Shown one piece after another: positions 37,386 to 48,337 of a DNA stretch of 64,000 nt. The stretch lies in the sequence record OV876900; one strand, 5' to 3'. Each line of letters begins with the position of its first letter. Position 1 is the stretch's first letter. A program made the translations under genes and the position numbers. Source of the DNA: Escherichia phage UGKSEcP2. The notes under the pieces are model-generated. The model saw only the letters and a program-made list of their open reading frames with translations, had not been told where the DNA came from and did no database searches.

Positions 37386-37593
37386 TTTCAATACTTATAA
37401 TTTCAACATCAGCCCAATGACCGTAACTTGGTAAACGGTCTTCAATAGATAATCCGCCATCATATTTAAGCATTTTAATTGTCATAATATATGGCTCTAA
37501 ATGGTCTTCAGTGAGCGGAGAGACATCAGTCACACGATAAGTAACTTCGACCATTTCCGTGCCCAGTAATTTCTTGATTAATTTCTTAAACAT
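37378..37593 (-). CDS. hypothetical protein, 71 aa
   Basis: ATG ORF overlapping stop of upstream gene. Confidence 0.5.
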   Translation of the reverse strand: MFKKLIKKLLGTEMVEVTYRVTDVSPLTEDHLEPYIMTIKMLKYDGGLSIEDRLPSYGHWADVEIISIENV

Positions 37594-37597
37594 TTTA

Positions 37598-37885
37598 TTA
37601 GAACCTCATCTGAAAACCGTGCGATTTAACACTACCGCCGCCAATATCAGAAATATTAATTTCACGCGCAATTGAAGGGTCAATGTCAATTTCACGATTG
37701 AGTTTAGTGATAGCTAAAGTATCGCGGCCATTTACAGTACGGAACTCTAAAGGGCAGACTACATTAACATAGTTTTTAATCGATTCACTGGTAGGTTGCA
37801 AATGAGCAGGAAGGTCTTTAGGCGCCTTAGAGAAAACCACTTCACAGAAATTTTTGCGGGTGTCAAAATAAGTAGTCATAAACAT
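37598..37885 (-). CDS. hypothetical protein, 95 aa
   Basis: ATG ORF with GAGGA upstream. Confidence 0.55.
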   Translation of the reverse strand: MFMTTYFDTRKNFCEVVFSKAPKDLPAHLQPTSESIKNYVNVVCPLEFRTVNGRDTLAITKLNREIDIDPSIAREINISDIGGGSVKSHGFQMRF

Positions 37886-37926
37886 AGTATTTTCCTCAGT
37901 AAGGGGCCGAAGCCCCTCATTTTATT

Positions 37927-38292
37927 TTAAATATCAAATTCGTTAAGAACTACATCAAAGATTGCTTCAAGATGCTCAGGTTTAGCTCTGTTACTCAGAA
38001 TATGACGAATCCAAGTTTTAACCAGAAGCTTGCGATTAACGCCATTCCAGCAAGGATGAGTCCCTAAATCGCGTTGACGAAAATCATCATCCAAAGCGAT
38101 TTTGAAGTTGGAACCTTCCATTGTGATTGAAACCGTGATGCCATTTTCAAATCGCATATAAACGTAGTTAGGAGTCATATACTGTTCAATTTCGCATACT
38201 GATCCATTTTGATGTTTCCAAAGGCAAATAGTATCAATAGAACCTGCAATACCGTTAGAAACATATTTACGTTCAAAGTTGATGTAGTTCAT
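37927..38292 (-). CDS. hypothetical protein, 121 aa
   Basis: ATG ORF downstream of an early promoter with stem-loop. Confidence 0.55.
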   Translation of the reverse strand: MNYINFERKYVSNGIAGSIDTICLWKHQNGSVCEIEQYMTPNYVYMRFENGITVSITMEGSNFKIALDDDFRQRDLGTHPCWNGVNRKLLVKTWIRHILSNRAKPEHLEAIFDVVLNEFDI

Positions 38293-38318
38293 TTTTATTC
38301 TCCGAGATGTTTAATTGC

Positions 38319-38358
38319 GGTACAGGTATATAATATCATATCCTGTACCAAAGTAAAC
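38319..38358 (-). promoter_or_regulatory. early promoter with -10 inside a stem-loop (PeSL-like)
   Basis: GTTTAC-N17-TATTAT; inverted repeat ggtacagg / cctgtacc flanks the -10. Confidence 0.5.
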
Positions 38359-38360
38359 AA

Positions 38361-38693
38361 TTATTTTACTACTTTCCAGTGCTGCATGTCAAGTTTACCA
38401 ACTTTTTTCATCTTCTCAATTAAGCGTTCGGCGCGTTGGCGAGCTGTAACATAATACCATTCACCCAATTCATTTTGTTCAATTTTTCCAACGATTACTG
38501 TATTCAATTCATAAATCCAACCAGTAAAGAAATTATGAACTTGAATTGTAAAGGTGAAATCTGTTCCCATACCTTCTGTTGTTTCTACTTCAATAATATC
38601 ACCTTCAACTGCCATTAAGAACCACATAGTTTCATCATATTTACCGTTGAAGCATTTAGTTTTAACTGCAGCGTTCAGATTAATTGTTTTCAT
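38361..38693 (-). CDS. hypothetical protein, 110 aa
   Basis: ATG ORF with GGAG upstream, downstream of early promoter. Confidence 0.55.
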   Translation of the reverse strand: MKTINLNAAVKTKCFNGKYDETMWFLMAVEGDIIEVETTEGMGTDFTFTIQVHNFFTGWIYELNTVIVGKIEQNELGEWYYVTARQRAERLIEKMKKVGKLDMQHWKVVK

Positions 38694-38701
38694 TTTATTC
38701 T

Positions 38702-38750
38702 CCTTTGTTTGTGTAAGATAATACTATCACAAAGGAACTATACTGTAAAC
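38702..38750 (-). promoter_or_regulatory. early promoter with stem-loop (PeSL-like)
   Basis: GTTTAC-N18-TAGTAT; inverted repeat cctttgt / acaaagg flanks the -10. Confidence 0.5.
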
Positions 38751-38770
38751 AACTTTGTGCAATCTTTGGA

Positions 38771-38798
38771 AAATAAAAAAGGACTCCCGAAGGAGTCC
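38771..38798 (-). terminator. terminator downstream of small basic protein gene
   Basis: ggactcc-cgaa-ggagtcc hairpin followed by U6 on minus strand. Confidence 0.65.
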
Positions 38799-38803
38799 TC
38801 AAC

Positions 38804-39022
38804 TTATGCTTTCTGCTTACCAAAACGAGAAGCATCATCTCGAAGAACCGCACGTGCTCGGCGCATGATCTTCTCAACAGTTTGATTGATACGAGAGTTC
38901 GACCCACGCTTGTAACCAGCGCGTTTAGAATCACCAACTTTCTTTTCAACTGCTTTCTTTGCTTTAGCTTGTTTTGCCATTATAAATTCTCTTTTAAATG
39001 AAAATGCAGGACTTATTGGCAT
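38804..39022 (-). CDS. small highly basic protein (58-72 aa depending on start)
   Basis: Lys/Arg-rich; alternative ATG at 38980 gives MAKQAKAKKAVEKK...; terminator hairpin directly downstream. Confidence 0.5.
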   Translation of the reverse strand: MPISPAFSFKREFIMAKQAKAKKAVEKKVGDSKRAGYKRGSNSRINQTVEKIMRRARAVLRDDASRFGKQKA

Positions 39023-39100
39023 TGCCTGCGCAAGCCCTCAAGGGGAACATAGGTTTTTGAATATTTAACGACCAGGATAACCATAAACCCGTCATCATAC

Positions 39101-39349
39101 TTACTTCAGTGTTACCACAAAATGACGAACTGCTTTTCGTGCAGCAGAAGCCAGTGGCTTAGCATATTTAAGTTCATCTTTTTCCTGAAGCTCAGCAGCT
39201 AATGCAGTTTGAGCAGGATTTAGATGTTTGAAATAACGCAGGATTTCAAGAGCTTCGGCTTCAACATCAATAGATGCGCCATAGTTTTCGTGACCATTAT
39301 TCCATGCGTTTCGTTGCAGTTCAAGAGCGTGTTGTAATTGTTTAATCAT
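39101..39349 (-). CDS. rIII: rIII lysis inhibition accessory protein
   Basis: 82 aa, T4 rIII length; position next to gene 31. Confidence 0.8.
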   Translation of the reverse strand: MIKQLQHALELQRNAWNNGHENYGASIDVEAEALEILRYFKHLNPAQTALAAELQEKDELKYAKPLASAARKAVRHFVVTLK

Positions 39350-39496
39350 TTAAAAATTCTCGTTAGAGATTAAAACTCGGTAGTCACGTTCTTCTGAATT
39401 TCATCTTCTTTCGACAGATCTCTCAGTTGTAGACTACCACATAGAATTGTTCGGTTAACTTATTATTCCGACACCCAATTCATATTATTATTTATA

Positions 39497-39832
39497 TCAC
39501 TTATAAAGACACGGAATAGCTTTATAGTGACAGGTAACGAATTTTTGTTTAATTTCTTTTGGCTGCTTAAGACCCAGAGCTACAAAAGGATGCGGAACGT
39601 TTCGAATTTGACCAACTGGAAGAGAAGTCAAATCACCAACTTCGCAGAAACCTTCAGGAACATCAGGACCAACGGAGTGAACTACACACAGTTCAGGAAC
39701 TTCACCTTGAACACGTTTACCGATAATAAGTCCTGATTCTGTAACTTCTTCATCACCGGCTTGTGCAGGTTCAGAAACTAAAATAACATATTCACCGACA
39801 GCACGAATTGGTAGCTGTTGTACTTCAGACAT
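39497..39832 (-). CDS. 31: co-chaperonin gp31 (GroES analogue)
   Basis: 111 aa, T4 gp31 length; N-terminus [19 protein letters not shown]. Confidence 0.92.
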
Positions 39833-39888
39833 CGTTTTTCCTTTTTGTTAACAGATGAATTAATAATAACAAATAATTCTTAAAGCAT

Positions 39889-40197
39889 TTATTTACCAAT
39901 AAATTGAAGCAAATGCTCAGCTTTCATACCATTAACGGAAATCAATTTGTCAATAGAAAAACCTCGCCATGCACCAAGCTCAACATCAAATACTGGAATC
40001 ATATCAGTAGATTCTTTCCGAGCAGATTCAGTCAATTTACCAGTTTGCATGGTTGGCATAAAGTCCGCATCACGAGTGCCTTTCATAGTACGAATAGTAC
40101 CATCAGACTTTTCAAAAACTACGTTTGAAATCCCCATGGACAATTTAGTTTTCAAAATTTCACGAATTGCTACTTTTTGTTCAGTCGTTAGTTTCAT
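39889..40197 (-). CDS. hypothetical protein (position of T4 31.1)
   Basis: 102 aa ATG ORF. Confidence 0.6.
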   Translation of the reverse strand: MKLTTEQKVAIREILKTKLSMGISNVVFEKSDGTIRTMKGTRDADFMPTMQTGKLTESARKESTDMIPVFDVELGAWRGFSIDKLISVNGMKAEHLLQFIGK

Positions 40198-40434
40198 TTA
40201 TTTACCTATTACAGTTTTAATATGGGTTGTTCCACGTTCTTTAAGAGTGGAAAGCAATTTTTGGCATTTTTCTAAATCAGATTTCCAACTATACGGCCTA
40301 TCAATACTAGTCCAATCAGTTTTATAATACTGTTTCCATTTAGAGAAAAAATACTTCTTATACTCTACAGCAAATGAAATGTTCTCATTAGAATAAGAAC
40401 TAATTGCTGTGAGCTGTACCAAACGAAATTTCAT
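40198..40434 (-). CDS. hypothetical protein (position of T4 31.2)
   Basis: 78 aa ATG ORF; start overlaps cd stop. Confidence 0.6.
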   Translation of the reverse strand: MKFRLVQLTAISSYSNENISFAVEYKKYFFSKWKQYYKTDWTSIDRPYSWKSDLEKCQKLLSTLKERGTTHIKTVIGK

Positions 40435-41015
40435 TATTCACCACAGAATTCGTTGATGTTTTCCCAGTTTAACTTATTCAAGTTTTTCTTAGGAACATTA
40501 AACACTTCAATACCTGCATTTCGCAGAATATCATCCCAGCCAGGTTTATTTTTATCGTATGTTTCGCAATAAACCAGCTTTTTAATACCAGATTGAGCTA
40601 TCGCTTTTGCACAATCTGGGCAAGGAGAAAGTGTTACATACATAGTAGCACCTTCAATTGAAGAACCGTTTCGTGCAGCAAACAAAATCGCATTTAGTTC
40701 AGCATGAATTTCATTTTTAGACGACCATTCAGAGTGCGCGCTACGGTGTTCTTTCGCCAAGACAAAACGATCAGTTGAACCAAATGATACGCATTCAGGC
40801 TTATGACCTTGAATGATAGTATGTTTAGGCTTATTCAGCAACCAACCTTGCTCAGCAGCATAATCACAGCAATTCACACCACCTGCAGGTGAACCATTAT
40901 ATCCGGTAGAAATAATACGTCCATTCTTTTCAATTACTGCTCCTACCTTCCAGGAGCAACATTTTGATTCTTGCGATACTAAATATGCAATTTGAAGTAC
41001 TGTACTCGCTTTCAT
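40434..41015 (-). CDS. cd: dCMP deaminase
   Basis: 193 aa; zinc-binding HAE and PCxxC deaminase motifs (HAELNAILF, SPCPDCAKAI). Confidence 0.93.
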   Translation of the reverse strand: MKASTVLQIAYLVSQESKCCSWKVGAVIEKNGRIISTGYNGSPAGGVNCCDYAAEQGWLLNKPKHTIIQGHKPECVSFGSTDRFVLAKEHRSAHSEWSSKNEIHAELNAILFAARNGSSIEGATMYVTLSPCPDCAKAIAQSGIKKLVYCETYDKNKPGWDDILRNAGIEVFNVPKKNLNKLNWENINEFCGE

Positions 41016-41350
41016 TTCATAATCACCAAATAAGCAGATTTAGCAGTTTCAACACGATAAATTTCGTGACGAAGTTTAGTTATACTTTTAATAACAGAAC
41101 TAATTATATTCTGCCCATCTTTAAAGCGGTTTTTCTTATCAATAAAAATTGCGCCAACCATCTTTTTGTGAAGCTCAACTGGATACTTCGTCACAATAAT
41201 AGCATCATACACAGAAGGATGAATACTATTCACTAGAGTGTCATTCATTAAAGTTATTCTAATAAACTGTGCTGTTTCAGAGTCAAGCGCTCTATGATCG
41301 CCAGTATCATTTTCAAGACAATTATCAATTATATCAGTTAAATTCATCAT
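41012..41350 (-). CDS. hypothetical protein, 112 aa
   Basis: ATG ORF, ATGA-type coupling. Confidence 0.55.
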   Translation of the reverse strand: MMNLTDIIDNCLENDTGDHRALDSETAQFIRITLMNDTLVNSIHPSVYDAIIVTKYPVELHKKMVGAIFIDKKNRFKDGQNIISSVIKSITKLRHEIYRVETAKSAYLVIMK

Positions 41351-41583
41351 AGTACGCCATACACCCTTTGTGCTTCAACTAATCCATCAAAATCCAATTT
41401 GAGATGTGTTATTTGGTCACCATCACCTGGATTCACAATTACTAATACTGAACGAGGAGTTTCGGTAATAACGCGAACCGATGTTTCTGGAAATCGTTCA
41501 GAAACCTTATTTACCAATTCCTGAGCAAATAGTTTAACTTTTTCTTGGAATTCTTTAACAGTAATTGGTTTTTCACTTAGCAT
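41347..41583 (-). CDS. hypothetical protein, 78 aa
   Basis: ATG ORF, coupled. Confidence 0.55.
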   Translation of the reverse strand: MLSEKPITVKEFQEKVKLFAQELVNKVSERFPETSVRVITETPRSVLVIVNPGDGDQITHLKLDFDGLVEAQRVYGVL

Positions 41584-42107
41584 GTTGATCCCAGCTCCTT
41601 ACTTTCAACGTTTTTAACTAATTTAACAGAAACTAATTCAGCATCTTGTGTAATCATTACCGGGCCTTCTTCATACTCTTCAAGATATTCTAGAGCTTTC
41701 TTTTTAGCTTCTTCCTTCGTATCAGTTTGAGCATAGATATAAAACATGCAACCACCAGTAATACCTACTACTTTCCACTTAATTTCTTTATCAGTTTTAA
41801 TTTCAAATTTACTGACAGAATCATCTTTTTGAACTTCTTCGAAAAAAGAATATTCTAACATATAAGCAATTGAAAATAACGGGCTAACTTTATAAGATTC
41901 GCCCATTACATCAACAGCTTTATACCAGCGGTCATCAATTTCGCGTTTAATGCTAATAACATTTTTCGCAGGATCTATTTTTACTTTAAATGAATTTTCC
42001 CCAATAAACTGGGCAATTCGTTTATTAGCACCACAGGTTTCATTAAAAATATCTTTATATCCAGCTTTAAAGCGATAAACCTTATCTTCTTCAAACCATT
42101 CGCTCAT
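41577..42107 (-). CDS. hypothetical protein, 176 aa
   Basis: ATG ORF downstream of early promoter with stem-loop. Confidence 0.55.
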   Translation of the reverse strand: MSEWFEEDKVYRFKAGYKDIFNETCGANKRIAQFIGENSFKVKIDPAKNVISIKREIDDRWYKAVDVMGESYKVSPLFSIAYMLEYSFFEEVQKDDSVSKFEIKTDKEIKWKVVGITGGCMFYIYAQTDTKEEAKKKALEYLEEYEEGPVMITQDAELVSVKLVKNVESKELGSTC

Positions 42108-42127
42108 TTCAATTTCCTCATTTGTTT

Positions 42128-42166
42128 TGGTAGAGCTATAATATCACAACTCTACCGTAAAGTAAA
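42128..42166 (-). promoter_or_regulatory. early promoter with stem-loop (PeSL-like)
   Basis: GTTTAC-N18-TATTAT; inverted repeat ggtagag / ctctacc flanks the -10. Confidence 0.5.
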
Positions 42167-42169
42167 CTA

Positions 42170-42445
42170 TTAAAATGCTTTGAATTCTGATGTCTGCGAT
42201 TCAAAGCAAATATCGCCTTTGATGACTAGCTCAGCATCAAGACCAAATACGACAATGATATGCGCAGAACCTGGATACAACGTAATGGCAATAGAATCCA
42301 CCTGGTCTGGAAGCAAAGTGTTCAATACATGAGTCACTTGAGCATGAATTCGAAGCTCGGCAGCGTTATCAAGCTTTTCAAACATATTATTAGCAATAAT
42401 TTGGCTAAACACTACTTCTACGATTTTAGAATAAGTCGGAAACAT
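42170..42445 (-). CDS. hypothetical protein, 91 aa
   Basis: ATG ORF. Confidence 0.55.
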   Translation of the reverse strand: MFPTYSKIVEVVFSQIIANNMFEKLDNAAELRIHAQVTHVLNTLLPDQVDSIAITLYPGSAHIIVVFGLDAELVIKGDICFESQTSEFKAF

Positions 42446-42447
42446 AT

Positions 42448-42648
42448 TTACCTCACATAATTTTCTTCAAGCCAATCAATAACATCCAACGCATTATCAA
42501 AAGTTGAACCATCTACTTTGTCTTCTGTTTCATAATCAAGAACATCTAAGCCTACTCTTCCATCAACAATAGGCCATAAACAAAATAGATATTTCTTTTC
42601 TTTTTCAATTTTATCACAAAGCCGATAAATCTTTTCTATGTTATTCAT
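42448..42648 (-). CDS. hypothetical protein, 66 aa
   Basis: ATG ORF. Confidence 0.5.
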   Translation of the reverse strand: MNNIEKIYRLCDKIEKEKKYLFCLWPIVDGRVGLDVLDYETEDKVDGSTFDNALDVIDWLEENYVR

Positions 42649-42834
42649 AAGTTTTCCATGGTAAAGGCAGTTTAGTTTTCTTTACTGTTAGTTCAACATC
42701 AGGATTCTTTTCTCTTAATTTAAGGCATTCCTCCCAAGCTCTGATTTCACTAGTGAATACACAAAATTGCCCATTACTAGTACCAACTAAACCGCTATTT
42801 ACAATAATAGCCCAAGTTTCATGATGCCACGCCA

Positions 42835-42835
<1 letters not shown>
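42641..42835 (-). CDS. hypothetical protein, about 64 aa
   Basis: Track ORF runs to 42865, overlapping pseT by 30 nt; internal ATG at 42835 forms TAATG coupling with pseT stop, so shorter form preferred. Confidence 0.45.
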
Positions 42836-44060
<1,225 letters not shown>

Positions 44061-44063
44061 TTA

Positions 44064-44288
44064 TTATTTCTCAACCAATGATTGAATATAATCATGTAAG
44101 TCTTTAGATGCTTTACCCCACTTATTTTGGTATTCATTTTTAAGATTAGCACGAGATTGAGCTAATAAAACATCATTAGTTGGAGGTAAAGATTCTAACC
44201 GCTGAATCTGGCGTCCGTAAATCATTGCAGCCATCTCGGATTCATAAATCAATCCTTTGAGATGTTCAAATTGATGCCATGAAATCAT
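44064..44288 (-). CDS. hypothetical protein, 74 aa
   Basis: ATG ORF. Confidence 0.5.
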   Translation of the reverse strand: MISWHQFEHLKGLIYESEMAAMIYGRQIQRLESLPPTNDVLLAQSRANLKNEYQNKWGKASKDLHDYIQSLVEK

Positions 44289-44584
44289 TTACATTTATCC
44301 TCTTTTAACTCTTGACGATAATAACATATCATAGTTTTCTGATCATGTACATATCGTTTTACATCATTAAGCCAAATACGAAATTCCTGGGAATCTTCGA
44401 ATGGCATACCGACCCAAGCTTTACCATCAATAACTTTAACTTGCCAAGATAGTTTAGCTTCATCGTATGACTTTATTTGTACAGGCCAATTAGGATGAAC
44501 TGTTTCTTTCTTTACTTCTAGAGGCTTTGTCGAACAACCAACTAGAATACCAATAGATAATATTACTGCTGATAGTTTAATCAT
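44285..44584 (-). CDS. outer-membrane spanin lipoprotein (o-spanin; T4 pseT.2-like)
   Basis: 99 aa; signal peptide with lipobox LVGC (MIKLSAVILSIGILVGCS); start overlaps end of i-spanin. Confidence 0.7.
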   Translation of the reverse strand: MIKLSAVILSIGILVGCSTKPLEVKKETVHPNWPVQIKSYDEAKLSWQVKVIDGKAWVGMPFEDSQEFRIWLNDVKRYVHDQKTMICYYRQELKEDKCK

Positions 44585-44934
44585 TTAGAAAGGTCCTGGA
44601 TGTCTTCTGCGAACTTGTTGAAGGAGTTGTTGATTTGTTTTTCAACCAATCCTGGCTTATGAGCCACCACATCCGCCTTCTTTGCGTCTTTGCGCAGTTT
44701 TTCATTTTCACGCTCAATAGCAGCAATTGCCTCACGATTTTTATTATTCATCGCATCAATATAATTATACTGAATTCGCAAATTATTTAATGCTAAAGCG
44801 TTTTCATTGGCCGTTTTTGTAATTTCTATAACAGACGTTTCTAATCTTTCAATTTTATTTTTTAAAATTAAAGAAGTTCCGCCCAATGCAATTACAATTA
44901 ATAACAAGCCTGTTGTCGTATTACTTAATTGCAT
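44581..44934 (-). CDS. inner-membrane spanin (i-spanin; T4 pseT.3-like)
   Basis: 117 aa; N-terminal transmembrane helix TTGLLLIVIALGGTSLIL followed by coiled-coil. Confidence 0.7.
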   Translation of the reverse strand: MQLSNTTTGLLLIVIALGGTSLILKNKIERLETSVIEITKTANENALALNNLRIQYNYIDAMNNKNREAIAAIERENEKLRKDAKKADVVAHKPGLVEKQINNSFNKFAEDIQDLSK

Positions 44935-45428
44935 AAAGTTTTAATAACCTCTATAATATCGTCTTGAGAAAGACCGTTAATTAAAATATGATGTTCAGCC
45001 GGAGATTTAGAAATTTTAAAGCATGCCTCAACATCTTCTGCCATATCTGATGCGCTACGATTTGGATTACTAATTCCAAGACGATGTTTTCCCGTTAAAG
45101 GATTAACGATGATATAGCATTTACAGTTGTTAATATGAACATTAGGTTGAGTCTGATTAATGAACACATCACAATCATATTTCGCAAGCTGATTTTCTAA
45201 AAAGACTTTCATCTCCTCAACCGCATCAGGAAGCATATCACGGGCTTGCTCAAGACGACGATTTCGATATTCTTTAATGGTCGTTTTCCGCTTGACTTGC
45301 TTAGCTAAATCTTTCTTAAGATCGGTGATATATCCAACTCGACGATTTCCTTTAAATACAGAAATCCCATCTGTAGTATCACCGTATGCTTCAACGACCA
45401 TCTCAGTAGTAATAAGCTGCAAATCCAT
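44925..45428 (-). CDS. alc: Alc, inhibitor of host transcription on cytosine DNA
   Basis: 167 aa, T4 Alc length; position between spanins and rnlA; early promoter upstream. Confidence 0.8.
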   Translation of the reverse strand: MDLQLITTEMVVEAYGDTTDGISVFKGNRRVGYITDLKKDLAKQVKRKTTIKEYRNRRLEQARDMLPDAVEEMKVFLENQLAKYDCDVFINQTQPNVHINNCKCYIIVNPLTGKHRLGISNPNRSASDMAEDVEACFKISKSPAEHHILINGLSQDDIIEVIKTLCN

Positions 45429-45436
45429 TATAAAGT

Positions 45437-45489
45437 CCTCATGTTATGTCAGTAAGATTACTATAACACAGCACGAGGGACTTGTAAAC
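45437..45489 (-). repeat. 53-bp early promoter/leader cassette, copy 2
   Basis: Near-identical to 29921..29973; lies between rnlA stop and alc start. Confidence 0.8.
45460..45489 (-). promoter_or_regulatory. T4-type early promoter upstream of alc
   Basis: Minus-strand GTTTAC-N18-TATAGT. Confidence 0.55.
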
Positions 45490-45492
45490 AGC

Positions 45493-47080
<1,588 letters not shown>

Positions 47081-47107
47081 AATAAAATGGGCCTTGCGGC
47101 CCACTCC
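47081..47107 (-). promoter_or_regulatory. structured translation initiation region of denA: hairpin between Shine-Dalgarno and AUG
   Basis: mRNA uaaGGAGu-GGGCCGCAAGGCCC-auuuuauu-AUG; the hairpin would shorten a 23-nt SD-AUG spacing to about 9 nt. Confidence 0.5.
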
Positions 47108-48286
47108 TTAAAAATATTTTTTAAAACTCATCATAACTTTATCATCAACATCATTATCAATCTGTGCTACAAGATAAGATGACAGTTCTACTTCTTGTGG
47201 CGCGGATTGAACATTATCAGAATTAAGATATTCACGAATCCAAGGATACGGATGTTTAACCGGAGCATCGGTAATTGGGCATGGAAGACCACACTGTTTC
47301 ATACGAGATACAGTTAAGTAATCAATAAAGTTCCACATGCTATTTGTATTTAATCCAGGAACATCGCCATCTTTAAATAAATGAACTGCCCAGTCTTTTT
47401 CTTGACGGTTAACTTCCATGAAAATATCAACTGCTTCTTGTTCACACTCTTGGGCGATTTTAACCCATTCATCACCATCAGTGCCAAGTTGAAGTTGACG
47501 AATAATATATTGGGTGCCTTTAAGGTGAAGCTGCTCATCACGTGCAATGAACTTCATAATCTTGGCATTACCTTCCATGATTTCCATGTTCTTATGGAAG
47601 TTAAAGGTACATGCGAAAGATACATAAAAACGAATAGCTTCCAATGCGTTGATTACATGCAGACAAAGGTAAAGAGAACGCATTAGTTCGTATTTGCATT
47701 CTTCTACATGCATAAGGCTATTTGAATATGCGTCCAAATCATATTCATTCTCTGAAAAACACCTAAAAATTTCTTTTGCGTTTTCCCATTCACGAGTTTT
47801 CTCAATAACATCATCATAATAACGACCAATAGATTCAGCACGTTTCATGATAGCTTTATCTAATACAATCTCATCAAATACCTTTGACGGATCAGTATAA
47901 AGATTTCGCATGATATGAGTATATGAACGACTGTGAATAGTTTCGCTAAAAGTCCATGTAGCAACCCATGTATCAAGGCTTGGATCTGAAATTAATGACA
48001 TAAGTACAGCAGACGGTGCACGACCCTGAATGCTATCCAAAAGTGATTGATACTTCAGGTTATTAGTAAAAATATCTTGCTGATACTGGGGAAGCTTGTT
48101 AAATTGTGCAGCATCCATCATCAAGTTTACTTCTTCAGGACGCCAGAAAAATGACAACTGCTTTTCGGTTAAATCTTCAAAAACTTTATGACGTTGAATA
48201 TCATAACGCGCAATACCAAGACCTGAACCGAAGAACATAGGTTCTTTTAAAACATCAACTGGATTTGTATTAAAAACTGTGCTCAT
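47108..48286 (-). CDS. nrdB: ribonucleotide reductase small subunit
   Basis: 392 aa continuous ORF (no intron); di-iron ligand regions. Confidence 0.95.
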   Translation of the reverse strand: MSTVFNTNPVDVLKEPMFFGSGLGIARYDIQRHKVFEDLTEKQLSFFWRPEEVNLMMDAAQFNKLPQYQQDIFTNNLKYQSLLDSIQGRAPSAVLMSLISDPSLDTWVATWTFSETIHSRSYTHIMRNLYTDPSKVFDEIVLDKAIMKRAESIGRYYDDVIEKTREWENAKEIFRCFSENEYDLDAYSNSLMHVEECKYELMRSLYLCLHVINALEAIRFYVSFACTFNFHKNMEIMEGNAKIMKFIARDEQLHLKGTQYIIRQLQLGTDGDEWVKIAQECEQEAVDIFMEVNRQEKDWAVHLFKDGDVPGLNTNSMWNFIDYLTVSRMKQCGLPCPITDAPVKHPYPWIREYLNSDNVQSAPQEVELSSYLVAQIDNDVDDKVMMSFKKYF

Positions 48287-48337
48287 AAATTTTCCGCTTA
48301 GTTAATAGATAGTGACTCGTCCGTGAGTCAAATTATA

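Noticed and set aside
47081-47104. Longer denA form starting at GTG 47104 (144 aa)
   Set aside because: The start would lie inside the hairpin and upstream of the SD; the ATG at 47080 gives the canonical 136-aa GIY-YIG protein.
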